DNA from: Calcarisporiella thermophila CBS 279.70
Taxonomy: Eukaryota > Fungi > Calcarisporiellomycota
Length of the DNA: 64,000 bases
Assembly (NCBI RefSeq): GCF_041956535.1
Contig: NW_027192195.1
Span: 1,003,762 to 1,067,761, forward strand
Direction: 5' to 3'
Each line of letters starts with the position of its first letter. Within the stretch, counting starts at the first letter, position 1. A program made the translations under genes and the position numbers. Below, in pieces: positions 23,547 to 37,174 of this stretch. Under the pieces are notes generated by a model. It made no database searches, had not been told where the DNA came from, and worked only from the letters and a program-made list of their open reading frames with translations.

Positions 23547-24501
23547 CTATGAGGTTGCCCGGTAGGGTTCATAGCGATGCCGAGTCATTTCTGGATCATC
23601 TCTGGGATGCCCTCCTCGAAAACATTCGTTACAATACAGATCACCGTCACAGTCATGACATCGAATGGTTGCGTCTTCGTTACATATACCTAGGGTGTCA
23701 AATGATTTGAAAGAGTAGATGCTTCGTAAGTCCATGATCCCGCCTCCGTGAATATGCAGGCTTATCTTCAAGGCAAGATAACTTACAACACCAAGTATCA
23801 ACCTCATTAGGTCGTATCTCCTCTATATCCAAAGGCTCCGGAGGAGGTCCCAACTCGCTGCCATCTCCGACTTCTTTTTTACCTCCACCTACCCGTGTTG
23901 CAGCAAAAGTAGGGGTATCTCTGAAAAGTTTTTGAAATCGTTCGGCCAGCTCATCGTCTTGTTTCTCTGCAATATCCTTGTATTTCCTTTCGATGGCCAC
24001 CTCATCATTTGCTTGTGCAAGAATCTCAGAAGTCTCATGGTTATCAGCGCTGTTATTAATATCTTCACCTAGAAATGTTTCGATAGCGCGATCGAGCTTC
24101 GAATTAGGGGGATGGGTAATGAGCTCAGAATCCAAATCCTCTAGCAAAGAAGAGTCGGAAAGTAATCTTTCAACCTAAAATTGGATGGAATTAAAGACTC
24201 TTAAATAGTAAAATATCCAATTTCAGACAGTATACCTCATCTAAATCCTCTTTGTCGGCCTCTGGAGGAGTCGATTGAGTTTTCGAGTTGTTAGGCTGTG
24301 GGCCAAAGAGCTTGGTAAATCGGTTTATCAATTCATCATCGCTACATGTAACAAAATTAAAAGTATAAATTAAAACATCCAATACGTAGCAAAAAGTGAA
24401 TAGTTAAAACACCTGAGTTCTATAGGTTTACCAGATGAACTGGTTTGCACGTTAACCACTGTTAATTGCTCTATACGCCTGCGGAAATCATCATCAGACA
24501 T
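23547..24501 (-). CDS. ZFYVE19/ANCHR-like protein (C-terminal B-box-like zinc finger), 4 exons
   Basis: EILAQANDEVAIE and WC|CICNEDATIRCHDCDGDLYCNECFRGGH; no FYVE domain seen. Confidence 0.75.
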
Positions 24502-26449
24502 TTTAATCTTAGAGTGGCAAAATTGAGCAGGACTAAAATTTTACGGCAAAATTATTTTGCTCCAGCTTCTCTCTCCTAATGAAACACAGACTATGTAGTT
24601 TTGACGAGAGTTCACCAACATATAGCGGGAAATGCAATATGGCAAATATTATAAGAACAAATAGCCTCCTTTTTCTCAGGTATACAACAGAATCCCCCAA
24701 TATGAATAATGTATTCTCGATCATACTGACCTACTTACTACATTTTGGGTGGATTATCGAAGCGAAAAGAACCACTCTGAGTCGGTAATACTTAGCTCGT
24801 GTCGCCTCAGCATATACACCACAAATTTCATCTAGAGAGAATACACTACTCGGGATGAGTGCTGTAAATGATCCCGACTTACTCTCCTTAAGTGATTAAC
24901 TGTTTTGTAAAACAAGATGCAAAAGATACTCCATACTCCAGACAGAGTAGGACCAATCAAGTAATTATATCGGCCTTGAATAGCATCCCTATTCTCTAGA
25001 AATCCAATGAAGTAGCCAAGTGAAGTCTCTTCAAAGAAGTTGTCATCGTGTACCCAATTTAACTCTCAGGTCGCTTTCCTTCGCTATGACTCGGTCCATA
25101 TTAATAAAAATTGTAAAATCATTAAATATATTCGATTGCCAGTGTATCGAGGACCGTGAACTTATACCAAATGTAGTTTCCTGAAGAAGCATAGTAAAGA
25201 GCAACAATATACTAAAATAGATTGAAGGGTATTGGTCGTATAATTTTTATAGCTGGCATTATTAAGGTATACGAGAACACGTTTAATCTACTCGGCTCTA
25301 CTATGCTCTGCTACATCGTGCTACAAAATTAGCTCGAAATCTCTCTTCGTATTGTTCTCTGATACCCACGATTCAAAAACATAAAGCATATCCATGCGAA
25401 TTTAAGTTGGAACGGAGAGCTTAAAAAAAATCTATCAAGTCGATAATAAGCTGCGATAAGATAAGAAAATGTTTGCGTGTAAGAAGAAATGCTAGCTGTT
25501 AATACTTGAACAAGGCGAGCAGATAAGGAAGCATTAAGATGAGAGCAGATTAATGACCTTGCCAATCTGTAATCAATTATTGAAGCTGGCTAATGGAACA
25601 ATTTCAGAAGCAAAATGTGAACAAAAAAAAATGACCTAATAAGTCGACATCGGTGTGCTATGGTGTCAATTGTATCCAAAATCGAAAAGGAAGCCAGATG
25701 CAGTCGCTACTAGAGCAGCCGAATCCGACCATTTGCGTCCGGTATTAGGGAGAAGAGGGATCGGATGTACGGAGCACCACGATCAACTGACCCTGGATAA
25801 TTTACATAGGACGATGAAGCCATCCCAGAATAGTCATAATGAAATAGAGTGTGAGTTCAGTTTCTATTTTCGTCTGCATTGAGCGCAATTTTCCCCGCAT
25901 GTAATGAAAGAGGTCTCCAAACAGGCTCTGCCAAGCCGTCGGATCGCGCCTCTATTTTTTCCTCCAAAGTTCTACGGGTAGGGTGGGAAATCGTGGCAGC
26001 CGGATCTAGGCGCGAAACGTAAACTTGCTGGCCATGATGAAACCACGCATTTGTTGGGCCCGCCAAGTGCCGTGGTGCAAGTCATTACGTGTATGCCCAG
26101 CATTTCTCAGAAGTTGGGCTTAGTAGCTGGGGCTCATTGGAGCCAAAATAGTTGAGGACAGTTTGATCATTTCCTTAGCCTCGTGACTTTTGTGATATTG
26201 TCAAAGGCATAGCCGAGAAAAACTTTCCCGGTTTTGGGCAGCGGTTAGTTTTCCCTCTGTTCTCTCTCCTTAGCCGTGAAGAGGCAGTGGTATACCAGCT
26301 CTCCATTACTTCACAGATGTCATTTAATTTATTATTCGCATTTCATTCTCCTGTTGTTCTTTTTTAGCGCCATAACTTTGTCTTACTAAACGCATTAAGT
26401 AATTTTTAACTAAAACGACTCGCAGTTACTTTTTCCGGTAGAATCCATA

Positions 26450-28948
26450 ATGTCGATTCCGTCGATTCGAAAGTGGATGCATCCGGTACGTTTTTTCTTG
26501 GAGATGAATGGATTTTACTACTCTGGCCGATTGCTGACCTTCTTGCTTATAGGCTCAGATACCCACCAGCAAGTCCATCACGCCACCGCTGGAAATTGAA
26601 GCCCTGTACGACCCGAACGAAAAGTATTTTGGACTTGAAAATGTAGCGTAGCTCGAATGCATGTTTTTCCCCCAGGGCATTATTTATCCTAATTCTTTCT
26701 TGTATTAATACTGGATAGTTTGGCAACACATGCTACTGCAACTCCATTCTTCAGGCTCTCTACTATTGTGTACCCTTTCGGGATTGCGTGGAAAATTATC
26801 CATCTCCATTACCTCCACCTTGCTATCCTGCCGCCTCGCCTCCCCTCAGTTCTACCGCAGCACCTCCCCCACCAGCAGCAACTAACGGGCACATGTACCT
26901 TCCTGCTTCCATACTCTCTACTCCCACGATTCCTGCGGTAAACGGGAAAAAGCCGGTGCCCTCAGAGCAAGAGACCGCAACCGATACCCCATCGTTGAGT
27001 GTAAAGGGAATGGAGGACGGTCTATTTGTCGCGCTAAAAGATTTGTGGTGGCGAGTGAAGAGTCAGCCGTCCAGAACAGGTGCCTTCGCGCCAAGAATGT
27101 TTATTTCAAAGTTGCGAAAGATGAACGGTGAAGCATCGAAGCTCTCTATTTCAAATACATAAATCTAATCATATCATCTCTATTCAGAGATCTTTAGTGG
27201 TATGGCCCACCAAGACGCTCACGAGTTTCTCATGTATATTCTCAATGCGGTAGCTGAAGAGGTTGAGGCCTATGAGCGGGACTTTGCTGCGGAGCTGCAA
27301 AAAATGCGGAGTCATACCCTGAAGCAGCAGGAGAATTTGAATGGCTCTCTTACGCCCGCTAACGAAGACAACGTCAAAACCGAGAGTGTTGCTTTCGGTG
27401 TTGAACACAACCGTACCACTGCGACCTGGATCCACGACCTGTTCGCGGGAATCCTTACCAACGAGATAAAATGCCTCACATGCGAATCTGTCACGAGCCG
27501 AGACGAGACCTTTCTCGACATTTCGATCGATATCGAACAGCACACCTCGGTCACCTCGTGTCTGCGCCAGTTTTCCGCCAGCGAAATACTCTGTCACCAA
27601 AATAAATTTCTGTGCGAAAACTGCGGAGGCTTGCAGGAAGCTGAGAAGCGAATGAGAATCAAATCGTTGCCGCAGGTCTTAGCTCTGCACCTGAAGCGGT
27701 TCAAATACGAGGAGAAGGTGCAAAGGTTCGTTAAATTGTCCTACCGAGTGGTGTTCCCTCTCGAGCTGCGGCTCTTTAACACAGTAAGCTCGTTATAAAA
27801 ACAAACCGTCTCTTGAAACTCAAAATGACTTCTTGGCGGTTTTTTCTTATAGAGTGATGACTCGGTGGATTCAGAACGACTTTATGAACTCTACGCAGTC
27901 GTAGTCCATATTGGCAGCGGCCCTCATCACGGTCATTATGTTACCTTAATTAAAAGTTTGGGACAATGGCTTATCTTTGACGACGAAACTGTGGAGGTAA
28001 CTCGATAATTTTTTATTTTACCACCTTTATTTGTCCTTAACAAATCGATAATTTTATTTAAAAAATAAATAATAGACGATCGAGGAGTCCGATATCCCCA
28101 AGTTCTTTGGTGATCGAGCGGGCACGGGCTCTGGATACTTATTATTTTATCAGGCCAAAGATCTCAATATTTACTCACTCAACATTCCACAGACTTATTG
28201 GAGTGCAAAGGAAACACAATCTACAACTGAAGAAATGGCTGGGAATAAAAAAGAAGACTTGGAAACAGGGGAAGCTTGTGCAAGCAGCTCTGCTTCATCG
28301 ACCATCGCGACGGCTACCCATATTTCCACTACCGATGGAAATGGAAAAGAGCATCTATCGAACAGTAGCTCTACAGAGCGTGAGAAGGACAAGGAACCAG
28401 AGCGGAGCAGGGAAAAGGAGAAGACCAAAAGTAAAGATGTTAGGCAGTGGTTCTTACGCAAGCAGAAAAGTGAGCATCGTCGTAAAACCGAGAGCCCACA
28501 ACCGGTCACAAGCACGCCTAATGGAGGTGGGGAGAGGAAATGGTTCCAGCGCAGCAAGAGCATTACAGGAAATGTTCGGGGCACCGGTTCCAAAGAAATG
28601 GGGGATGTCAAGGAGAAAGCCGACGAGAAGCCGCGCTCTGCTCCTCATTCCGTACGCTCCAGCGCATTTACCTCCCCATCGAAAGCGCATGAATCCCAGG
28701 CTCGCGAGCTGCAGCCGCCATTTTCGCTTCCAAAACACAGATTTTTGGCAGAGGGGGCGACGGTAGAGGGATTTTTGACGGGAAACAAAGCTGCCGCGAC
28801 CCCACAATATCGAATCTCGGCGTCCGTCCATAGCCGGGGACTTGCGATGAGCTTAGTAGGGGGAGGGGAGAAGAGGAGGGGGAGAAGAGGAGGGGGAAGG
28901 CGCTTCTATACACTGTCCGTCTGCGTATATGTACCATTTTATTTATGA
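26450..28948 (+). CDS. Ubiquitin-specific protease of the USP12/USP46 (CreB/Ubp9/13) type, multi-exon
   Basis: Cys box GLEN|[31 protein letters not shown], His box [19 protein letters not shown]. The 3' end is less certain. Confidence 0.9.
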
Positions 28949-29169
28949 TTCGTATTTGATACCGTGCTTTTATTTTCTTTTATTTATTTATTTATTTCTC
29001 TCTTTGCTTATTTATTTTATTCTCTTGGAATGAGCTAGGGAATGTTTTTACTCGAGTTGAGAATAATGCTATCATAATAATAATAGCCTGGTATTGATGG
29101 ATGCTAAATAGTGGTGATCAGCTGCAATTCGGCAAACCAAATAATGAAAGTATAAGAGGAGGGGCCGGT

Positions 29170-30096
29170 TCATGGGTTCACTCTCTCCTCCTTCCAGCTC
29201 CCATCCGCGCCTCGAGTGAATAGCCTCCGTTCTGGAGGAAATTGCCACAGCTTTACCCAGTCGACTTGCTCAACCTCCACCAACAATAGCACAAATTGCT
29301 TCAGAGCCTCTTCCTCCTGGTCTTCAGCCAGTTCCTTTGGAAAATGATGCTTCTCTACTTCTTTGTCATTATAGTCGGTAGAGAAAGGTTCTCCTGGAGG
29401 AGGATATAGAAAAGAGGCGCGAAGGAGAGGAGTGAGATCTCTCCAGAGTCGGAGGCGCTCGGACTCAAGCGCTTGAGGAAGTGGCTGCGCAAGATTATCG
29501 GTATTGGGTCTGGTATCAATGTTGGGATCGGAATGCGTGAATTGGCGAGAGAAAATATGTGCTGGAATGAGGTCGTGAGGGAGTGAGGAATAGGGCTGCT
29601 GTTCTTTAGATGCAAGGAAGTGGACACGACCCGAGAGACGGTATTGTTCACCAGTCACAGGTAGCCACCTAGTATATTAGTGGAATTTAGTGGTTGGATA
29701 AGGGAACGGGCCGCGGATCACGACAACAATGAAATGTTGGTGTGACTAAGCAATGAGGGCGATGTATTACCAACATAATTCAACACTATTGTCAGCTTGA
29801 AATTGGGCAAGTTTTGGCGTACGGGCGTCAGTGGTTATCAGGAGTAGATCAGTTTCCAGAGACGAATGAGTATCAAACAGAAAGCCACGTGCGACCACGC
29901 TACGATTTCTTGGTCTTTTAGTAGCTACATCGAGAGTCGCCAGCTGCACAGTCTCTAAGGGTTAGCGACGTTAGAGCAGTGAGGAAAGTAAATGAAGTAG
30001 AAACCTCTTACTTGCATGAGCGTAAGTTTGGAGATTGGAAGCAACGCTCTCTTCTATAAGTTGCTTCCATCTAGGACACTTTGCAGAGTGTAGCAT
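29170..30096 (-). CDS. Pyridoxamine 5'-phosphate oxidase-like FMN-binding protein (3 exons)
   Basis: PRWKQLI, VQLATL...PRNRSVVARG, TTDARTPK, VELCW|WLPVTGEQYRLSG, C-terminal WKEERVNP. Confidence 0.82.
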
Positions 30097-30258
30097 TTTT
30101 ATCGCCACTCTATGATAAGGTTATTCGAGTCTGGTCCAAGCAATTAAATGAAGAGTGAAGAGTGAAGAGTGAGTTGAGGGCGTACTAATGCATATGAAAA
30201 TGTGAATTTCACGTTTTTTTTTTTCGACATTCTCCTCATTCCATGTTTTGAAACCGCT

Positions 30259-31564
30259 ATGGCGACGCCAGTGGAGCCCATATCGCTACAGGTGGCAGAC
30301 GAGGCCGCATCACTACAGAATGCGCAGGATCAGTCACAATCACAAGCTCAACCGAACTTACACATAAGGCGGCATTTGCCCAATTTTAATCTCAACTTTC
30401 CCTCTGCAGCCCAACCTGATATTAGTATGGCATCTAAATCCAATCTGTTTTAAGCATTTTAATCCATGGTCTAACCCGCCTCCTGACAGTTCGCTCCAAT
30501 CAGAAAGACGTCTACTACCAGTCTATCCTTCAAGACCAAATTTCCTCTATTGTCCAGCAGCAGTTCGGCACCCAGTTCCAGCACAAATTTCAAAATGAGA
30601 TCCGCATGCTCTCTGATCTATGCTACTTTGGATTAACAACCCTGGCCGGCACACAAACTTTAGGCGAGGAGTATTGTGGGATCATGCAGGTGCACGAGCG
30701 GACGGGTGTTTACCCCGGAATCAGGGTGAGAATATCTTCCTTTCAAACCCTAGTGCGGCATTCTGTATTCATAATGGATAAACCATTTTAGAGACGCGCC
30801 ACCCTCATCTTCTTTCATACCTTGTTTCCCTATTTATTAACGAAAACGATCCTTGAGCTAAAGAAACGTGTCCGCAAACCTCTTCCCCCGCGCCAGGCGC
30901 GCACTCTCACTACCTCTTTGGCTCGCAAGCGTCAGTTACTTTCCGAACTCGTGCACAACGCGTTACCCAGGCTTCAGACGTTCTTTAAGGAGCACGCGCA
31001 CCCTATACATCTCGCAGTGTTTTATTTCTTTGGGGCATACTACCATTTGGCTAAGCGAGTAACGGGAATCCGATTTATATTCACGAGGGTATTAGGGCCT
31101 GGAGAGCAGAGGATAGGTTATGAAGTTCTTGGGGTATTGTTAGTGTTGCAGCTGATAATCCGCGGGATATTGCAGCGAAGAGAGCGAGCGAAAGAACAGG
31201 AGAGCAAGAAAGACCAAGGAGAAGACAGGTGAATCACGACTCTATGTTATAGCGCTGACAAAATACAACGTTTTTGCTAAAGCATTATATGTTATATTGT
31301 TCTAGCGAAGAGGAGGGGCTATTAGGCCAATCCTCTACATCTTCCTTTGTCGGTGACCAATTAGAGTCCAATCTGACTGCCGAGGAGATGCAAGCGCGAA
31401 AATGCACATTGTGTTTATCGCCACGGTCACAGACCACAGCAACGCCGTGTGGCCATCTCTTCTGCTGGGATTGCATTATAGAGTGGTGCCAGAACAAGGC
31501 AGAGTGCCCTTTGTGTCGACAGAGCGTGATTCTCTCTCACCTTCTTCCATTGTATAATTACTGA
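30259..31564 (+). CDS. PEX10: Peroxin Pex10 RING E3 ligase (4 exons)
   Basis: FPSAAQPDI|[35 protein letters not shown]3HC4 RING CTLC...CGHLFCWDC...CPLCRQ. Confidence 0.94.
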
Positions 31565-31629
31565 GCGTTCTTAACTTCATTTTAATCAAATAAATAAAGC
31601 CTCTATTTACAATAATACAATCATGGTTG

Positions 31630-32776
31630 CTAAAGAGCAGGGTCTGCTGCTAGTTTTCGTATTCTCGCCACAAAAAATCCCGAGGTGTTTGAGATCAAGG
31701 GGTCAAACCTTCTTACCGCACTCAAGTCAATATCTGGGAATTCCGGAGTCAGTTTGGGGGGAGAGGGAACTATCGATCCACAATGAACGGGCTCCAATCT
31801 TGCACTCTCCCGATGATTTGACAGAAACCACGCAATCACACACTCGTTCTGAACCTTTGACAGAGAACATGTGCTATACACAAGGATCCCGCCAGGCTTA
31901 AGCAGTCGCCAGCCATTGGCAAGCAGATTTTTCTGTAGCTGCTGAATGGAATCGATGCGAAGGGGGTCAAGGACTTGGCGTTCAAAGGCGTCGAAGTCCC
32001 AGCCTTCACGACACGAAGTATATTTCCAGATGTGTACGAGCGAGCCATCATGTGTGCACTCGGCATCCACCAGTACACGGTCGTAAAGGCGCCCCTTGAG
32101 CTGGGGATCGTTGCGTATTAATTTGGGGGCATAGAATGGTTTCACTAATGCTTCCTTGGACTCTTCGCGCTCTCGTTGTTTACGGGACACGCCTGATTTA
32201 AGCGCGGGAGCATGGACGTCGAAAGTGGTGCCATCCGCTACGAATATGCGTGCCCGAGAGCTGCGATGTTTTTTGAGTAGACTGCGACAAGTTGCGGCAC
32301 GATGGGCCGAAATGTCCACCCCCGTTATAGTGCCTTCCCCAGAAGTGCCCACTAAGGAAGCAAGCATGCAGAGCTTGGCACCGGGAGCACAGCATATGTC
32401 AAGAATATGAGAGTCTGGCGTCGGTTCCAGAGCATAGACGGCAATAGCGGAGCTGATGTCCATACCGAAAATCTAAGATAATGCAAAAATCAGTGAGCAC
32501 CGTACCATTTTGGCTGTCCAGAGCAATATGTACTTTTCCATCCTTGTATGCTTGGCATCCGACGATTTTCACCCTTCCATCTAATCTCCAAAATCCGTCA
32601 ACCCCTTCGACCTTTTCTATATGCGCTTGTAGTTGGTGCTCCACCTCCGATGCGGATATCTCATTCTCATCAAACCGAATAAAGCGTGGCAGGTCTGTGA
32701 TGGTGTATATACGAGGATCTATGTCATTAGCAGCTAGAAAATCTATAAATTTTTGAGGTAGAGCAGCTAGATCCAT
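31630..32776 (-). CDS. NOL1/NOP2/Sun-family RNA m5C methyltransferase (2 exons)
   Basis: ILDICCAPGAK, YDRVLVDAECTHDG, LKPGGILVYSTCS, QNECV, SGFFVARIRK. Confidence 0.88.
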
Positions 32777-34011
32777 TAAAGAAATGGAGGTAGAGGGTAC
32801 ATTTTTTCTTGAAAGTCACACTGACTGTAATCAATCTGACTTTGAAATGATTTATCTAGCTTAAGCTCTCTCAAGTATGCCAGGTACATATGAACGTTAT
32901 AGGATTAGTGCAAGAAAAAAAAGTTGGTCAATTCTATGTAAAGAACTGGGCATTTTTACGCGTGTAACAGATGCGAGTTAGGGAAAACTTATGTTTGGTT
33001 AACCCGTGTGAATACATATATATATATAAAGTAGCATCAATGGCGATTGTTGGGAAATTTATAAATCCGCGTTACTCTTCTCATTTTAATTGCTGAATGT
33101 GCACATTGTGCAGGGATTTTACTGGTAGGATTGTGGTTTGACGAAGACGTGCAGGTATCGACACATATTCAGTATCAATAGACAGTAGCAAATGTTAAAT
33201 TTATGGGCATTGATCTAGTCATCCTAAGATAGTTGTGATGATACATAGGCAACAATGGTATCAGCACATCGTACAGTCCTTCCCTGGTGAAGGGGATTCC
33301 GGGCTGGACTTTGGGTTGAGTTTCGATGATCAAAAATCGCCCCAACCTTTTTTTCCTGTTATTTGTATCCTCGATTCTCAATTTTCTTTTGTTGTCGTGT
33401 TGTTGTCGTGTTTCGTGACTGCCCCCCATTTTGAAACACGAAAGCAAAACTTTGCAGGGGGCCGATCCATGGCTGAAGCAAACCCATTTATTTCTCATTT
33501 TGGATGAAATTTCCCTTGCAGCCCCATAGCTTTCACTCTAGCTTCCTAGATGTCCCCTCATGCTCTACATTGTAATCCTCAAATCTTCATAAACCTCCCA
33601 TGCCTGACTCATCGGCTTTTCTTAACTCCTTCTGGCTCATACAATCGCACAGCATCCCAAGTCTTTCTTTCTCTGCTTATCCTTTGTCGTCATTCGGACT
33701 AAAATCAGTAGAAAGCCGCTTTCAAAACTTATTTATTTATTGGACCCCTAACCAAGCCCGGGCCCAAATCAGATAATCATTCCCATCTCCGTCCTCAATT
33801 CCATGCCCGTGGCATTAGATGCTTAATTCTTTCATCAAAAATCAGGGAGCACTAGCCATAATATGTATGGGCTTTGGGCTAAATTGATAAAAGAATGGAA
33901 AAGAACCAAACGTGAAAATTGTAGCGGGAGATAAAGGATTTGGCAGCATCTGACTGGTCGAAGGAGTTTTTTTTTATTTGTACCACAGCGTGACTGCTCG
34001 ACTTCTGACAG

Positions 34012-34018
34012 TATAAAT
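34012..34018 (+). promoter_or_regulatory. TATA box upstream of TBP
   Basis: TATAAAT about 200 bp upstream of the ATG. Confidence 0.4.
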
Positions 34019-34216
34019 AGGGGAGGGGGAGAGTCGAATTTTTCAAATTTTTTTCACTTTTATTGAAGTCTTATTTTCATTGGTTTCATTTTCTGTGACG
34101 TCGTCATCGTAAATTATCCCCCCCTCCCGGAACCTTTTGCCCCTCCGCCTGATAAAACCTACCCCATCCCACCCTCAACACACATTTTTATATATAGAAT
34201 CATATACTTCATCATA

Positions 34217-35178
34217 ATGTATTCTTCCCCCCTTCAATCCCTTCAAACCCCCCAGCCGGTACAGAACGGAAACGGCCTGTTGCAATATCCAGTGTCGATG
34301 GGTACGCCTGCCCCCTCCTCAATGGAGGTGAAGGATGCACCAACACCTGGAGGTCAGCCGCAGAACCCGTACTCTGTCGCCGGCATCACCCCCACACTAC
34401 AGTAAGTTATCATCGATGATCGCGTTTGTATATATCTTGTATAATAAATGTATTCGTGCAGAAATATTGTTGCGACAGTCAATTTGGATTGCCGCCTGGA
34501 CTTAAAGACGATTGCGCTCCACGCGCGCAACGCTGAATACAATCCAAAGGTACAGACTCTTGTGTCCTGTATTCCTGCATGACCTTTTATTCAATACTTT
34601 GAATCTTTTCTTCAAACTCTTTCCCACTTTCCTCTTGGCCTCCCCTCCACCTCGTCTCCCTTGCACACTTTTAGCGTTTTGCTGCAGTGATTATGCGCAT
34701 TCGTGAACCGAAGACAACCGCACTTATCTTTGCGAGTGGCAAGATGGTGGTGACGGGAGCCAAGTCGGAGGAGGATTCACGGCTTGCCGCCCGCAAGTAT
34801 GCCCGCATCATTCAGAAACTTGGCTTCAACGCCAAATTCACTGATTTCAAGATCCAAAACATTGTGGGCTCTACAGGTTTGTTTCCTCTGTGTTTCCCAC
34901 CTCTGGCACCCCTCGCTAACCACGTGATCTCTGCCCCCCTCTTTCTAGACGTGAAGTTTCCCATCCGTCTCGAGGGTCTTGCCTACTCCCACGGCCACTT
35001 CTCTTCTTATGAGCCTGAACTGTTCCCCGGCCTCATCTACCGTATGGTGAAGCCGAAGATTGTGTTGCTCATCTTCGTCAGTGGCAAGATTGTGTTAACG
35101 GGTGCTAAAGTAAGAGAGGAGATCTATCAGGCATTCCAGGCCATCTATCCGGTGTTGACCGAATTCCGGAAGCCTTAA
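34217..35178 (+). CDS. SPT15: TATA-binding protein (4 exons)
   Basis: PTLQ|[17 protein letters not shown]|[36 protein letters not shown]. Confidence 0.97.
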
Positions 35179-35752
35179 GGAGAAGGAGGCCTTGAGGTGG
35201 CCGATGGCTGTTACTTGCGGGTTCTTTGTTGCACCGTCGGTGTTCTTCCCCCACCGCCCCCCCCCCCCCTGCCTTGTTAAGCTTGACTCGCAAAGGCATG
35301 CGTTATGAGCGGACATTCTTATCTCTTCTATGCTTATGCTGGTGGAAATGGTTCGGGATTATTCTCTTATCTCCTATTCCTTCTGGGTTTTTTATGAACA
35401 TTTGCGATGACTTCTCACAGTGACTTTTTCTTATTCGAGCTCTTAATAGTTTATAATCTTTTCTCTCTCCTCTCTCGTGTACTATAGTTTATCGTTATTG
35501 CATTGCTTTCCTCCTTTTTACCATTTGCGCTACCCATACTGCTTGTGATGCATGGGGTTTTTTTATTATATTCTGTGTATAGTCCTTTTTCCTTTATTGC
35601 TCTCGTATCACATAGCCCCATCTTGACATGCTTGTGTTGGTAGCCACAAAAAAAATACATTTCTTACACAGCGTTTATTCTCTTCATCCATCTTGTGCAA
35701 ATTCGGCGAATGACCCCTACTATTACAGAAGGGGAGGGGAAAATCGATGGGT

Positions 35753-36168
35753 CTACTTTTCGCCCACCAAGTAGCGGCAGCCGTTCGGGCCCATCCAAGC
35801 CTCATGGAGCTCTTGGGCCCCGACGTCGGCACGGTCACCCGCCACAAAAGTGCGAGTTTGGCCGTTCATAGCCAGCGTGAGCTCGCCCTCCAGGATGAGG
35901 TGGGTGGTCTCGGTGGAGTGGACATGAGGGGGGTAGTGGGCGTTGGGGGGATCGGACCATTCGAAGATATGAGTGTAACCCTTGGATGCATGGAAGGAGG
36001 GGAGAGAATGAGTAAAAGACCGATGGAATGCGGGAGGGAAAGATCATGCCAGGGGGGATACGAGGGAAACAAGCGTGATGCTGAAAATCTCTATCTGAAA
36101 AAGGGGTGATTCATTACCTCGGTTCGAAGTTGTGCTTCCTGCTCGGATTGGTTCGGCTTCGACGCCAT
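35753..36168 (-). CDS. Small cupin (RmlC-like) protein, 92 aa (exons 36118-36168, 35753-35980)
   Basis: MASKPNQSEQEAQLRTE|GYTHIFEWSDPPNAHYPPHVHSTETTHLILEGELTL...GDRADVGAQELHEAWMGPNGCRYLVGEK*; cupin HxH...H and second-motif His. Not in the ORF track. Confidence 0.85.
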
Positions 36169-36380
36169 GCCGGTGTTGCGATCTTCACATGTAAGTAAAG
36201 GAGAGCGAGGGAGGGGATACTTGTGCCTTGTAGGGCCAAAGAACAAACGAGACTCTTGTGGCAAACTTCAAATTGAAAAAAAGGCGTCATTTGCGTGGCT
36301 GGGGATTTGGCCACAAAGGAATACTAGAGCGCGGCCCAGCTTTTCCTCTACCCTGTTGCCAAGATCCGAGCCATCGCAAG

Positions 36381-37174
36381 ATGAATTTTGCGCCGTACAC
36401 CCCCTCACCTGATGAATCCAAGCGTGGTCGCAGCGGCTACCAGCCCATTCCTTCCTCCTCGTCCTCCTCAGGGCCAAGCGGCATCGCGGGCTCTTACCAG
36501 AATCCATCGACCCACGCCGGGCTTCTTGAGGAGGGAGAAGCCGCCAACACGGTTCGGGTGAATAAATACGAGACGTCCTTGCCGATCCGGGTGGACATTG
36601 AGGCGGCACTTACCTATTCGCTGGGATGTGTCACTGGTAAGATTGCGTCTGCTGAATGATGAGGTGGCCCCTGTTTTTTGCCCCCCCCCACCCCCCCCCC
36701 AACCCCGCTTCGATGGACTAATTGTTTTCTGGGACGGGCGATGGCGGACATAGGTGTACTGTTCCTAATATTAGAGCAAAAGAATGATTACGTGCGCTTC
36801 CATGCATGGCAGTCGTCCCTGTTATTTTTGGGGATGCTTGTAAGCCTGAAGATGTCACCCTTTGCCCAGTGTTGGCAATACTGACGGTCCATTTGCCCTC
36901 TTTCTCTCTTTCTCTCTCTGCGTTTAGGTTATTCAGTTCATCTTCATGTTCATCTCGACATTCCTCAGCTGGCTACTCTTCTTTACGGAGATTTTCCTCA
37001 TCGGATATTTGAGGTATGTGTGCAAACTCGCGCTCACTTATGATAGACTAGGAAACCCTAACGCGTGTCCCCCTCTTTCTCAGCTACCGCGCCTACCAGG
37101 ATGGGGCCACCCTGGAAAGATATGAAATACCCTACATTGGTCAATATGCGGCACAGTGGACAGACGAGGAATGA
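36381..37174 (+). CDS. Small multi-pass membrane protein (UPF0132/DUF4870-like), 4 exons
   Basis: YETSLPIRVDIEAALTY, LFLILEQKNDYVRFHAWQS, YRAYQDGATLERYEIPYIG...WTDEE*. Confidence 0.82.

Noticed and set aside
24550-26400. ncRNA (tRNA/snoRNA) in the long ZFYVE19-like/USP spacer
   Set aside because: No tRNA A/B boxes or convincing paired C/D boxes found by eye; an Infernal/Rfam scan would be needed to exclude it.
33040-33507. Possible spliced micro-gene upstream of TBP (MAIVGKFINPR|ILLVGLWFDEDVQ|IVVMIHR...)
   Set aside because: The first intron would be only 43 nt with a weak donor, and the product has no recognisable homology; cannot be supported without transcripts.
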